From contig OX597816.1 of assembly GCA_951406725.2 (NCBI GenBank), positions 97,712,001 to 97,776,000 on the forward strand: 64,000 nt of DNA. The letters run 5' to 3'. The stretch is from Octopus vulgaris (taxonomy: Eukaryota). Below, in pieces: positions 25,501-36,695 of this stretch. Position 1 is the stretch's first letter. Each line of letters starts with the position of its first letter. The notes beneath the pieces were generated by a model. The model made no database searches. It saw only the letters and a list, made by a program, of their open reading frames with translations, and was not told the DNA's origin. A program made the translations under genes and the position numbers.

Positions 25501-25758
25501 ACATTATTTATATTTGATGGATATTTGCTTCGTCTTGTTTGTTGTTAACATAACGTTTCAGCTGAAATACCCTCCAGTCTTCATCAGGTGCCTTGGGGAA
25601 ATTTCGAACCTGGGTTTATTATTACTATTATTATTATTATTATTAGTAGTAGTATTATTATTATTATTATTACTATTATTATTCAGGTCACTGTCTGGAA
25701 TCGAAATCGGAATCTTGGGGTTAGCAGCCTGCACTCTTAACCACTACGCCATATGCCC
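25501..25758 (-). mobile_element. tRNA-headed SINE-like element with (TAA)n spacer and hammerhead-ribozyme tail
   Basis: Head GGGCATATGGCGTAGTGGTTAAGAGTGCAGGCTGCTAACCCCAAGATTCCGATTTCGATTCCAGACAGTGACC (A box 25741-25751, B-box-like 25697-25707), then (TAA)n 25617-25683, then CTGATGA...GAAACGTT. Confidence 0.75.
25546..25592 (-). ncRNA. Minimal type I hammerhead ribozyme motif (Penelope-type, partly degenerate)
   Basis: ggcac-CTGATGA-agactggagggtatttcagct-GAAA-CGTT-atgtt: intact core boxes, stem II ctg/cag, palindromic ACGT stem III, stem I with a C-A mismatch. Confidence 0.65.
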
Positions 25759-25846
25759 AGCAGTGGTTCTCATGGCTTCTGATCTTAACTGATTGGAAGT
25801 GTTATCATGTACATTGTTTTTTCTTGGTATATATAAATATATGTAC

Positions 25847-25882
<36 letters not shown>

Positions 25883-26067
25883 TTCTATATATATGCATAT
25901 ATGCATATAATATGTGTGTATATGTGTGTGTATACACACACACAAATATATATGACTGTATGTATGTATATAATAATGAATGAAAATATCTTTTCAGCGT
26001 AGCGCAGATATCATTCCAGTTTACAATAAACAAAACAATATTATTTTTCTACGTGTGTCTCTTGCCT

Positions 26068-26103
26068 GAGAGAGTGAGAGTGAGTGAGAGAGAGTGAGAG
26101 AGT

Positions 26104-26161
<58 letters not shown>
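26068..26161. repeat. (GA)n microsatellite
   Basis: Directly visible. Confidence 0.95.
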
Positions 26162-26164
<3 letters not shown>

Positions 26165-26699
26165 TGATAGATGACATGATGCTTTTTTCTGGAAACCTTG
26201 TAAACCTTATATCGATTGTCGACTGCTTTTCTGAATACTGACATAAGACTACTACATCATACGTTGGATATACCTTCTTGAGAAAAAAACAAGAGAGGAC
26301 AATTGCTATGCAGATCATACTACCAAAACGGAACTTGCCAAATTTGCTGACTACCTGATTTCTAAGAATATTTTCCCTTGTAACTTAAAGATGCTAATAC
26401 TTACCACAAATCAAATGCTCCATCATCTAAAAAAATGGACGTTTTCAATCAAGGAATTTTTTTTTCTTGTACGTTATATGAGATACTCTTACATATTGTT
26501 GTTGATATTGTTCATATACACGTCACTGACCACCATAAGATATTTTGAGTAGCTCATTTTGGTATCATAGTGTATATAAGTGTCTATACATATAAGTGTA
26601 AGTAAATGTATATGCATATATATTCATGTATATGTGTATATATATAATATATATGTACAAATGTATGTATACATAATTATATATATCAATAAGTATATT

Positions 26700-26703
<4 letters not shown>

Positions 26704-26770
<67 letters not shown>
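26704..26770. repeat. (TA)n(TG)n microsatellite
   Basis: Directly visible. Confidence 0.95.
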
Positions 26771-26772
<2 letters not shown>

Positions 26773-27358
26773 ATATGTGCGTGTATACTTTGCTATTTTA
26801 ACTGTGAAATCTGACCTTAGAAAGACAAAAGCAATATTTTCTGTCTCACTTTACTCTGATATGTGTATTGTTCATCGAAGAAATACTATTAAACCATCTA
26901 AAATCATTACGCTATGAGAATGCCAATTTAATTGCAGACTTTAATGTTATCTAATAGTTGTCGCTTTAATAAAAGCATTCTTTCTATAAACCTCGCTCTA
27001 TTTGTTCTGAATTAAATGTTGAAATATTTGAATAAACAATCCGATATCTCAAGAAGTCATTTAAACATTTGAATGTGAAAATAATTACGTCACAATCCGT
27101 TAGTTTTAGCCAAGACGAACGTGAATTAAAAATATTACAAAAGGATTTAAAAGACAATAATTTCTAAAGCAATTTTCAATTTAAATTCTTGGTGTTTCTT
27201 CATCTCCGCAGTCATAATAGAGCAAACAAGTTTATTTATTGTTGTAGATTGTGGCACAGGAGAAACATTGAACGGTAAACATTTCATAATGTCAATGATA
27301 AGCAGATTTATAGTTCCCTTGATGAATATTTTATTTGCGTATCTATCAGATCTTCTCT

Positions 27359-27459
27359 CATCTGTTTCACTTGCTTCTCCCCTGCTCTTCATCTCTTTCA
27401 TTTGTTTCTCCCCTGCTCTTCATCTCTTTCACTTGCTTCTCCACCGCTCCTCATCTCTT
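27359..27459 (+). repeat. 31-bp pyrimidine-rich minisatellite, ~3.3 copies
   Basis: Unit catctctttcacttgcttctcccctgctctt at 27359, 27390 and 27421. Confidence 0.9.
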
Positions 27460-28328
27460 CTTTTATCTCTCTCTATTTGAAGACTAAGATAATCAGTATA
27501 AAAATAGGAGAAGAGAGAGGGGGATATAATGAGAAGGAGAACAGAAAGAAAATTAGCGGGAGATAGGAAGAGATATCAATATCCACTTCTATTTACATAC
27601 ACACTGAATACGGAAGGAATTTGTTCTCTTATTCCAACAAGATCGTCCATCAATGTTTACGTTTTGTCAGTCTGTGTATCATTCAAGAAGATTTACATTA
27701 TTTTGAATATCTTTCTTTCTCTGAATAGAATCATAATATCTGTCTTCTCTGCCTGAACATAGAGATAAAGAACAGCATTTACTACATAACATATAAATAT
27801 ATTCACTTTCACTTATTCTTCAGAGATTTAGATATTCGTTAATGAAATTATCAGTTTTCACCCAAATGACTGAAAATCTCTTCTTCCAAATATATTGAGA
27901 CTCACGCTGCAACCAAATTTCCAAAACAAGCATCACGATCTGGATTGCATTGAAATATTATCAGTTGTCAGTCTCCATCTTTTCGTTGGCGATATTAGCG
28001 GCTCATATTCACAGAATTGTTAGATGCGATTTTAAGACGACCTGGACGTTATATCTAGTGAGATGTGCGACCATATAGGGCAACCTTTTAATTCCTTCAC
28101 TCATTAGTTGAGAATGATATTCATTTTGTTATTTGAAGCTGTAATTTAGCAGTTAGAAGTTAAAATCACACGATAGGGAATTCTACACTTCACTCAATTT
28201 CATAGCTTACTACTGATACAAACGTACATATACGTCTACACATATATACGTACACATATGCGCGCATATATACGCCCGCACATATACACACACATACATA
28301 CACACACGCACACGTAGATATGTATTTA

Positions 28329-28421
28329 GAGGCAGGCGTGGCTGTGTGATAAGGAATTTCCTTCCCCAACACATGGTTCCGGGTTCAGTCCTGTCCCACT
28401 AAGAGGCACTGCTTTGAGAAG
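28329..28421 (+). mobile_element. tRNA-derived SINE head fragment (third family)
   Basis: ggcgtggctgtgtgataagg (A-box-like)...ggttccgggttcagtcc (B-box-like). Confidence 0.6.
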
Positions 28422-28603
28422 CAGTACCAGACACACACACACACACACGTTCTCTCTCTCACTCTCTCTCTCTCCCTATCTCTCTCACGCACACGGAGAC
28501 ACACGCGTGCACACATATTCCTACAGAATCCACACTCAAGGCTTTGATATGTATGTATAAGTATGTATATCGATGTAAGCATGTATGTAAATGTATACAT
28601 ATT

Positions 28604-28634
<31 letters not shown>

Positions 28635-28672
28635 GTATATTATCCAAATTTTACAGTATTAAATATCCATCA

Positions 28673-28766
28673 CAACTGATCTTACCAATCGGTTTCGCAC
28701 AAAGAATGCAATGGAATGTTAGGTAACAATCCAATTATGTAACTTTACGCTCATCAGAGATAGCTG
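28673..28766 (-). ncRNA. Type I hammerhead ribozyme, apparently intact
   Basis: cagctatct-CTGATGA-gcgtaaag[38-nt loop]ctttgtgc-GAAA-cc-gatt-gg-TA-agatcagttg. All three stems pair and the GUA cleavage triplet is at 28685-28683. Confidence 0.85.
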
Positions 28767-29620
28767 ATATGGAAGAAAATATGGCGGCTGCTCTCTATTG
28801 TCGGAGGTGGATTAGCACAACCGGTCAGTGGGTGCAGGGAAAAGAGTGGTGAAAAGAAAAAGTGTCCAGGGGATTGCGTTAGAAGTTATGTCCCTTGGTT
28901 GAGTATGCTGAGAAACTGGTAAGAGTTATCTTGAAGTGGGGAAAATTGTATACTATTAATGTGGTGTCACTGCGGTGGGTGTGGTGTCTGATATGGGGTT
29001 TGTGGTATGATAGCGGTGTCATACGTATAATTTTTTCCAGGGTCTAGGTATATATAGCTGTGTTCGTCGGACTGTTTCATTTTGTGTAAAATCGTGGGGT
29101 GGGATTATATCTGCATGCGGTGTGTAATGTGTAATATGTGTAAGGGTGGTCTGTGTGTATGTGGGGGGTATAATTTGCGTCAGGGGGTACGTGTTGGAGC
29201 TGGTGTGAGATAGTTATTTGCTTAGTGCGTGCCATATGAGAGTGTGCGTGTGTGTACATGTGTGTATTGGTGTGTGCTTTGGTCAAACTCTTTTTGCCAG
29301 GCTCAAGGGCATAGGTGTGTGTGTTTGTGGATGCATGTATATATGTCTACTTATGTTTATGTGTTTATGAGTGTTTACTTCCATACATGTGTGCACACTA
29401 CTCTAAAATGGTGATGACTGTTTTATGAATTTCTTCTGCCTCAAGGTCTGCTTCCTGCATATCACTCAACAGGCAAGATAGCTTGTTAGTTTTAATGACC
29501 CTAAAATATATATCTGGACTACTGCCTGTCTGTTTCCTTACACTCCTTCACACCAAGTTATGGCTGCAAACTAATTAAAATAGCTGTTGAAACAATAGAG
29601 TTGTTTTGACCTCTTTGCTC
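28767..29620 (-). mobile_element. Probable Penelope-like 3' region carrying the hammerhead
   Basis: CA-rich minus-strand tract upstream of the ribozyme; weak RKQTLRQKKFIKQSSP resemblance to the GIY-YIG terminus near 29410-29460. Confidence 0.35.
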
Positions 29621-29659
29621 CCGGCATGCCTGGTATATATTTCTTTGATGGAATTGTTC

Positions 29660-29860
29660 CATTACTTCACTGGTGTCTGATGTCAGAGAGATAAGTCTAT
29701 AGTATTTTTGTAGCATTTGCTCTGTTTCCTCGTTTATGGATACGGCATATTATTCCCTCCTGCAATTTGCCTGGCAGCTTGATACTCGCAAGGAATCTCT
29801 AAAACCTCCTTTGCATGGTTTGAGAAGGACTGCTGAAAATCCGTCAGGATCAGCAGCTGA
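29660..29860 (-). mobile_element. CR1/Jockey-like RT fragment
   Basis: KLPGKLQEGIICRIHKRGNRANA/YRLISLTSDTSEVME (cf. PxxWKxAxIxPIHKxG...NYRPISLTSxxxKxME). Confidence 0.7.
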
Positions 29861-30209
29861 CCTCATCAATCGCCCGTGTTAAATCTTATATGATGTCGAT
29901 GTAATAAAAATCAGTTGATACTGGTTCCCTTTTTATATATTGAGTAGTAAATATGTTTATTCATTGTTTCACTTACACCTTTTGGTGTTCTTTTTGTACC
30001 TACAACACACCTAGAACAAACCCTGAGTCAGATCTATTTGGATATGTAAGTACATACTAAATTTGGTACTTACATATCTACATATCTGAGGTACACTACC
30101 ATCACATGATACCTCATAGTCGTTAGCTAGCCAGTTCTGGCGTCCTACGAGTTGATGCACATAGATTCGTTAAAAACTACGCGCATCAACTAACTCATGT
30201 ATGTATGTC

Positions 30210-31680
30210 ATTATTCAGTTGATTTCACGATTTGTTGCCAATAGAGGAAGAACCGGTTTCTAACCTAGATCGAAGGCTCCTTCGTTGAAATTTTTTGTCT
30301 GCATGTATGTATGTATGTATGTATGTATGTATGTATGTATGTATGTATGTATGTATGTATGTATGTATGTATTTATGTATATATGAATGTATGTATGTAT
30401 ATATGTATGTATGAGTAGATTTGTATGTTTTATATATGTATTCTCATGCATATACTTTATATATAATTAAATGATACACTTCTGGAAAGTTTTACAGACT
30501 TTTATAGTTCCTGTGATGGACTGGATCTGTAGTCATCGAATTAGCCTTTTCCATTCTAGTTTTGAGAAGCCTAATTTTTCAAGATTGGTATTTAGGCAGT
30601 ATGTTACATATCCCAGGACCCCAATAATTACAGCTAGAAACCTGAACTTGTAAATTGGATAGAGTAACTGTAGATTTCTCAACAGTTCACCATAGGTGTT
30701 CTCGTATTAACTGATCTTTATGTTTACATCCGCTGGGCAGCTAATTTCCACAACAGTACACAGTTTCTCTTCTCTATTCCAAATCTTTATATCAAGTCTG
30801 TTTTGTTTACATTTTATTGAGGTTCTCACTGGTACATTCTACCACTATTCCTTTTAATTATGATGGCTATAGCTTCTACTATATCGTGGGCTCATAATCA
30901 TTTGTCCTCGGGTTTATCCTTCCGATGGATTTCATTATAGAGTAGCCTAGCTACAACATCATGTCACATCGGTAGACAATACCGTGATAACATTTTCGGA
31001 CAACTGTTTATGATGTGCGTGAGATTTTCAGTGTGAACTTCCACAAAGTCTGCATCGGTTGTCACATTTTACTGCTTTTCCAGTATTTCTGTCCCTTTTG
31101 TGCATCACGCACCTGGTTGACATTTTTTGTTCCTGGATGGCAAGCGCATCTCCTTCAAAGTGGGAGGTAGTAATCTGACTACTGCTCCATGTTAAACTGC
31201 TTTCACGATCGATGTTACTATCATCACGGAGCTTTCTATTGATATATCCATACAGAGTCTTCTGCTCATATAGGCTCATCCTTTCATCTCATGATACACT
31301 GCGGTAGAGTTGTGCGACTTCTTTGGGCATTAACCTAGGTTATCAGACCACGAGTGTTTCTCAAGGAGCTGCCTTCCAATTCTTATGGTGTTATCAGCCT
31401 CATGTATGCAAACTTGGTCAAGGGATGCACTTCGACGATTGGTGGTTAGAAAATATTGCCGAAGGGATATGATGCGACATTCAAAGGCATTTTGGATTGA
31501 TGTAAAGCCTATGCTGCCTTGTTATTGTTTTAGGTTGAGGCGGTCTACGTCACTGTTTTTGTGGAAATTATGTGTGCTTCTTAGTATTATTCGGGTTTTC
31601 ACATCAATGGCTCGGACTTTACCGAGCATCCAGTTAAGCAGCCCACATGTTAGTATGAGTACTGGCACTGCAAACACAGG
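30210..31680 (-). mobile_element. 5'-truncated R4/Dong-type LINE with CCHC knuckle, REL endonuclease and 3' UTR
   Basis: HFEGDALAIQEQ...CDNRCRLCG/ENLTHIINSCPKMLSRYCLPM*HDVVAR, WNVPVRT..KQNRLDIKIW..VVEISCPAD, IIGVLGYV; ORF ends ~30468. The 3' UTR contains (TACA)n and ends ...ctgaataatGACATACATACATG. Confidence 0.9.
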
Positions 31681-31753
31681 TATGTATGTCATTATTCAGT
31701 TTATTTCAAGATTTCTTGCCAATAGAGAAAGAACCGGTTTCTTACATATATCC
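31681..31753 (-). mobile_element. Second, very short copy of the same R4/Dong 3' terminus
   Basis: tatgtatgtcattattcagtttatttcaagatttcttgccaatagagaaagaaccggtttc is near-identical to 30200-30260. Confidence 0.85.
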
Positions 31754-31790
31754 TACGTATGTATGTGTGTATGTATGTATATACGTATGC

Positions 31791-31886
<96 letters not shown>
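31791..31886. repeat. (ATCT)n microsatellite
   Basis: Directly visible. Confidence 0.97.
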
Positions 31887-31887
<1 letters not shown>

Positions 31888-32259
31888 CGTATGTATGTAT
31901 AAAATGAAAACGTTCGTAAATACACATAGGATGTGAACAGCACAACACCATTAGTTGATCTTCATTCTGGCGATGACGACACGATTGTCTAAAAGCATTA
32001 ACTTATAAATGAGTATTGGAAATCTATTGTTGCGTATTAAATATGAATGGCCACATAGGAAATACGAAATATCCTCAACAGTAATCTTGAACATCGTTTT
32101 GTTTATATAACATGTATGAAAAAATAACCGTTCCTCATTTGTTTACACACACATACACACACGAACACGCACAAATCCACACATGGTCATGTTAGTGTAT
32201 GTGTGCGTGAGTGTATTTACACGACCGCGTGTGTGAAATAATTATCATTTTGCTGTTAT

Positions 32260-32640
32260 GCAATATTTGATACAGGTGTTCTTGATTTCCTGTTTTCTCT
32301 CAAATTCCCCACACTCAATGGCAAAAAGCAGGATAGTGACCTTATCATCGTCTTTATTTCAGCATTTAAATCTGTCATACACGTTGGTATCGTATACAAT
32401 TTCTCCTCGTTTTCAGATCAGCAAGCCATGTCAGATAAGACTCTAAATGTCCTTCTTACCAACGGCCACTGAATCAAGCATGCTCTCTAGTATTATTCTG
32501 TTGGTTAAGATTTTGAAGTCCCAAGATTACAGCAGGGCATCGTTTTCAAGAACTTCCATTTCTGTTTCCACAAATGGTCATAACAACGTTGTGCCCTTCC
32601 AGTGATTTATAGCTGGAATTTTATAATGTCATCTACAATG
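32260..32640 (-). mobile_element. Old R4/Dong-type REL endonuclease fragment
   Basis: CYDH.../VLENDALL*SWDFKILTNRII...DSVAVGK (cf. WYEH..VLEN..ILWDFxIxTDxxI..RPDIVxVDK). Confidence 0.6.
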
Positions 32641-32839
32641 TTGGTTCTAATTTTTAGCTAATTTCTTGCTCAGTCTGACAGGATGTGAGTTACAGCCGAG
32701 TTGTGGCACATTCTTCATTTTGCTTAATAATCCTACTTCTCTATCAGTATCGTTAGCCATATGGCTTTTCTGCCCGTCTGTCAGTCTATCTACATCTATC
32801 TACTTATCTATAAAAATGAATTTATGTAAACATACATAT

Positions 32840-32921
<82 letters not shown>

Positions 32922-32924
<3 letters not shown>

Positions 32925-33302
32925 AAGTGCAATATCCCAGTAGTTACGTCAGCGGACTCGCGGTCGTAGGATCGCAGTATCGATTTCCAGACAGGGCGTT
33001 GTGAGTGTTTTTTGGGCGAAAACACCTAAAGCTCCACAAAACACCGGCAGGGGGTGGTGGTGAGCCCTACTGTACTCATTCACCACAACTTTCTCTCACT
33101 CTTCCTTCCTGTTTCTGTTGTACCTGTATTTCAAAGGATCAGCCTTGTCACACTCTTTATCATGCTGAATTTCCCGGAGAACTGCGTTAAGGGTACACGT
33201 GTCTGTGGAGTGCTCGGTCAGTTGCACGCTAATTTCACTAGTAGTTTGTTCCGTTGATCGGATCAACTGGAACCCTCATTGTCGTAACTGGCGGAGTGCC
33301 AC
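32922..33302 (+). mobile_element. Full-length tRNA-derived SINE embedded between microsatellites
   Basis: tRNA-like head ggaagtgcaatatcccagtagttacgtcagcggactcgcggtcgtaggatcgcagtatcgatttccagac, GC-richer body and tail ...gtaactggcggagtgccac; flanked by (TA)(TG) and (TA)(GATA) tracts. Confidence 0.8.
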
Positions 33303-33328
33303 GATATACATACACACATACATAGATA

Positions 33329-33338
33329 CATATATATA

Positions 33339-33404
<66 letters not shown>

Positions 33405-33437
33405 GATAGGTAGATAGATAGATAGATAGATAGATAT

Positions 33438-33510
<73 letters not shown>
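33329..33510. repeat. (TA)n(GATA)n compound microsatellite
   Basis: Directly visible. Confidence 0.97.
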
Positions 33511-33511
<1 letters not shown>

Positions 33512-35309
33512 TAGAAAGGAGAAGAGTGAAACACCGAAAGGTGGTTGATTTACAGAAACTGAAATCGAAAAGTGCTTCAGTGTGTGGAGGTGGGGATGCA
33601 TTGGGAGAGAGGGGAAAAGAGAGACTGGGAGTGAGAGAGAAAGAGAGAAAGAAGGTTTGAAATTAGTGCACATAAAGGAATATATATATTTGTAAATTTG
33701 TTGATACTTAGATACACATATAGACAGATTTATGGAACAAAAATGTGACAGATATAGATTTTATATCTGAGCTTTGTGTGAAAAAAACCTATTTAAATCG
33801 TGTCGATTACTTCAATGGAAACTCTGTATTGGAACCCACTGGGAGAATTATGCAGCTAATTAGAATAAAAATAGGTAATATACAAGTACTGTGGTATTAT
33901 ACAATGCAATATTGATATAAGTACAAAAGGAATTCCAAACGATAAAAATACCCACAGAGATGTTTCAAAAAGATACGTTAGATATAAGAACAAATGTACC
34001 TGCATATGTATGTACAGAGATAAATACATAAATACATAAACGGATTAATAGATGATGGGCATACAAATATAAACGGAAACTCACACAGTCACACACAACT
34101 CACACACATAAGTACATACGCATACACACATGCGCGCGTGCACACACACACACACATATATATAATGTATAATATATAGGAAATAGTTTCTATAAATATC
34201 ACTGCGAAATCGAATTGGAAGCACACAATGACTCGTGATGTACGTGTATCTATCTATCTATCTATCTATCTGTATACACACATACACACAAGTATGTATG
34301 TATAATGTTATCTTAGATAAACTGAAGCAAAATACGCAATCAATCACAGGCGCATGAAAACACGAACACAATAACACGCACACTCAAATATACACTCAAG
34401 CACAAATACACTAGTTTCTCCATTTCATATACACACGCGCACACACACATTAATATTTATGTTGTATATTTCAGTTATTCCTTTGTGCTTTTGAAAATAC
34501 AAAATCTGATCTAAAGAATCGTCAGATGACAGAATTCTATATTTTAAGAGTTTCTTCACGTTTTTGTTTCTTTTGACAAATGCAACACATCTATTTTCGT
34601 TTCTATAGATTTTATTTCACGTATTTAGCCAATCTATTGACATTGATGAATATTTGGCAGTGATTCTAGTGGGATGACTTCGATTGTTACCACGCCAATT
34701 TAAAAATTTCTGCGAATAAATTACACTCATTCGACTATATCCCATTCAAATGCATTTGAGACGTTGTTCTCAAGTTCAAAATCAGAAATTTTTATCACCA
34801 ACTGAAAGCAGACATGACTATTACTAGAGAAAAAAAAACAGTTATGTAAGTTCGTTTCTGCTAAAAGTTTGTGGGATTTGGTTCCACATTCTATTTCACT
34901 TCCAAAGACAACTCTGTGTGTAGTTCGTGTTATGGATTCGATTTGTATGAGCACCAATTGATTTACTAGGTCTAGTATTAACAAATAGAAGCAAACAGGA
35001 TATGATATTATCGGATTGGTTTTAATCATTTAATGAAATAGTTTTCATTATTTAGTGTCTATGTCAATTGCAAGCGTGCAATTGTACATTTCATGCAGAA
35101 GAGAAGAACACTTCTACGGATGGAGCAAGTAGATACAATTGATCAGACATTTTTGTTGGTACTTTATTTCATCGACACCGAAATTGTGAAAGCAAATTGA
35201 TAAGTGTGTTATCTAAACTCAGAGTGTAAAAGTCCGTACCAAACAAAATTTCCCCACAAAGTAGACAAGTTCTGTTAAATCAGTTAGCATTTGATGATAA
35301 AATAAACTA

Positions 35310-36204
35310 CGAGGGGTACCCAAAAGAAACCGGAATTTGCAATTTTATCTTATTCATTTAGTTTTACGTATTTACACCTTTTTCGCCTTCAAAAATTTTT
35401 TTTTCTATTTGAAGTAATGAATCAGTTGAGACTCGATTTCCACTGTTCGAAGCAGTCTTGTAACTCTTGCGAAGTAATGCCTTACAACGCCTCCGGCGTT
35501 TTTAACTTTACCTCTTGCACATCTGCAAATTCCATTAGCACCAGATTTCATCACCAGTCATGACTTTCGAAAAACGATCCCGATCAATTTCTAAATGTTC
35601 TTTCAGTTCACGGCACGCATTCATTCGTGACAGATTTTGATCTTCTGCGTGCAAGCGAAGCACAAATTTTGCTGCAACTCTTTTCATTCGCAATTCCCCG
35701 CTCAAAATTAGGTAGCAGGAGCTCCAATCATATCAACATGTTGGTCATTTGTTCAGTGACGGTTCTTCAAGCTCGGTTCATGAATGTTCATGATGTCTTC
35801 ATTCGTTCGGGAGTTCGACAACCATTCTTCATGAGGTTGGCATTCAAGAGACAAGTGACCATTCTTAAAGTGTAACAACCACCCGTCAACTTGTATTTTG
35901 CTCTTGCCAGCATCCTTTGTAAGCTGTTTGAAACATGAGAACTGTTTCGGCTGCCGTTTTCCCCAGCAGGAAACAAAATTTCTCGGAAAAACGCTGTTCC
36001 TTTGTTTCAGTCATTGCAAAAATCGTCGAACAAGAAATACTAAAAAACAAACACGCACCACGTAGCCGTACGACTTCACTCGATGACGACCGTCAGTTGA
36101 TGGATGCCTGATGGTCGCATCAACTGGCTTTTAGCGGCGGAAACCTGAACTACAACAAGCTTGTCCCCTAGAGAAGATTTATTTCTACTTGTGGGTACCA
36201 CACG
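35310..36204 (-). mobile_element. mariner element, internally deleted
   Basis: TIRs cgaggggtacccaaaag / cttgtgggtaccacacg; MTETKEQRFSEKFCFLLGKTAAET, VMTGDEIWC, ELQDCFEQWK...FEGE; catalytic core between TGDE and the C-terminus is missing. Confidence 0.88.
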
Positions 36205-36357
36205 TGTATACACTCACACACACACACACACATCAGAAGAAAATGCAAGTGGAATTTGGGAAGTTAAAAGTTGCTTATTATTAACAGCAAGTTAATCCTC
36301 TGCACTTACACCTGTTGCAATTAATACTCAGTAAATATTAAGTAAATATCAAATATA

Positions 36358-36532
36358 TATTTATATGACCTGAGAATAATACCTTCAGAGGGAAAAGATA
36401 TATACCCATAGGTGTTTCATATGTGTTTATGGATTCATTATAACAGACTGAATGGCATAAAAATGAACATGTATAAAGCATCTAAGGGTATATTTTTTTC
36501 CCTCTGAAGATATGCTCAGGTAATATGAATAT
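36358..36532. repeat. Foldback / MITE-like inverted repeat (~70-bp arms)
   Basis: tatgacctgagaataataccttcagagggaaaagatatatacccataggtgtttcatatgtgtttat versus the reverse complement of atgaacatgtataaagcatctaagggtatattttttt ccctctgaagatatgctcaggtaata. Confidence 0.8.
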
Positions 36533-36659
36533 AAAGTATATGTTTTTATATATACAGCTATTAATTTAAGGAAATTAATCCCTACCAAATACAAGGTATT
36601 GAACCAGTATTTGCTTGGATGAAACTACCCCTTCATGAGGTTAACACAACCTCAAATTG

Positions 36660-36695
<36 letters not shown>

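Noticed and set aside
25683-25758. Functional tRNA-Ser(GCT) gene
   Set aside because: D, T and acceptor stems pair poorly, there is no long variable arm and no oligo-T terminator; better explained as a SINE head.
31385-31936. 183-aa plus-strand ORF
   Set aside because: Antisense to the R4/Dong relic and extended by (ATCT)n.
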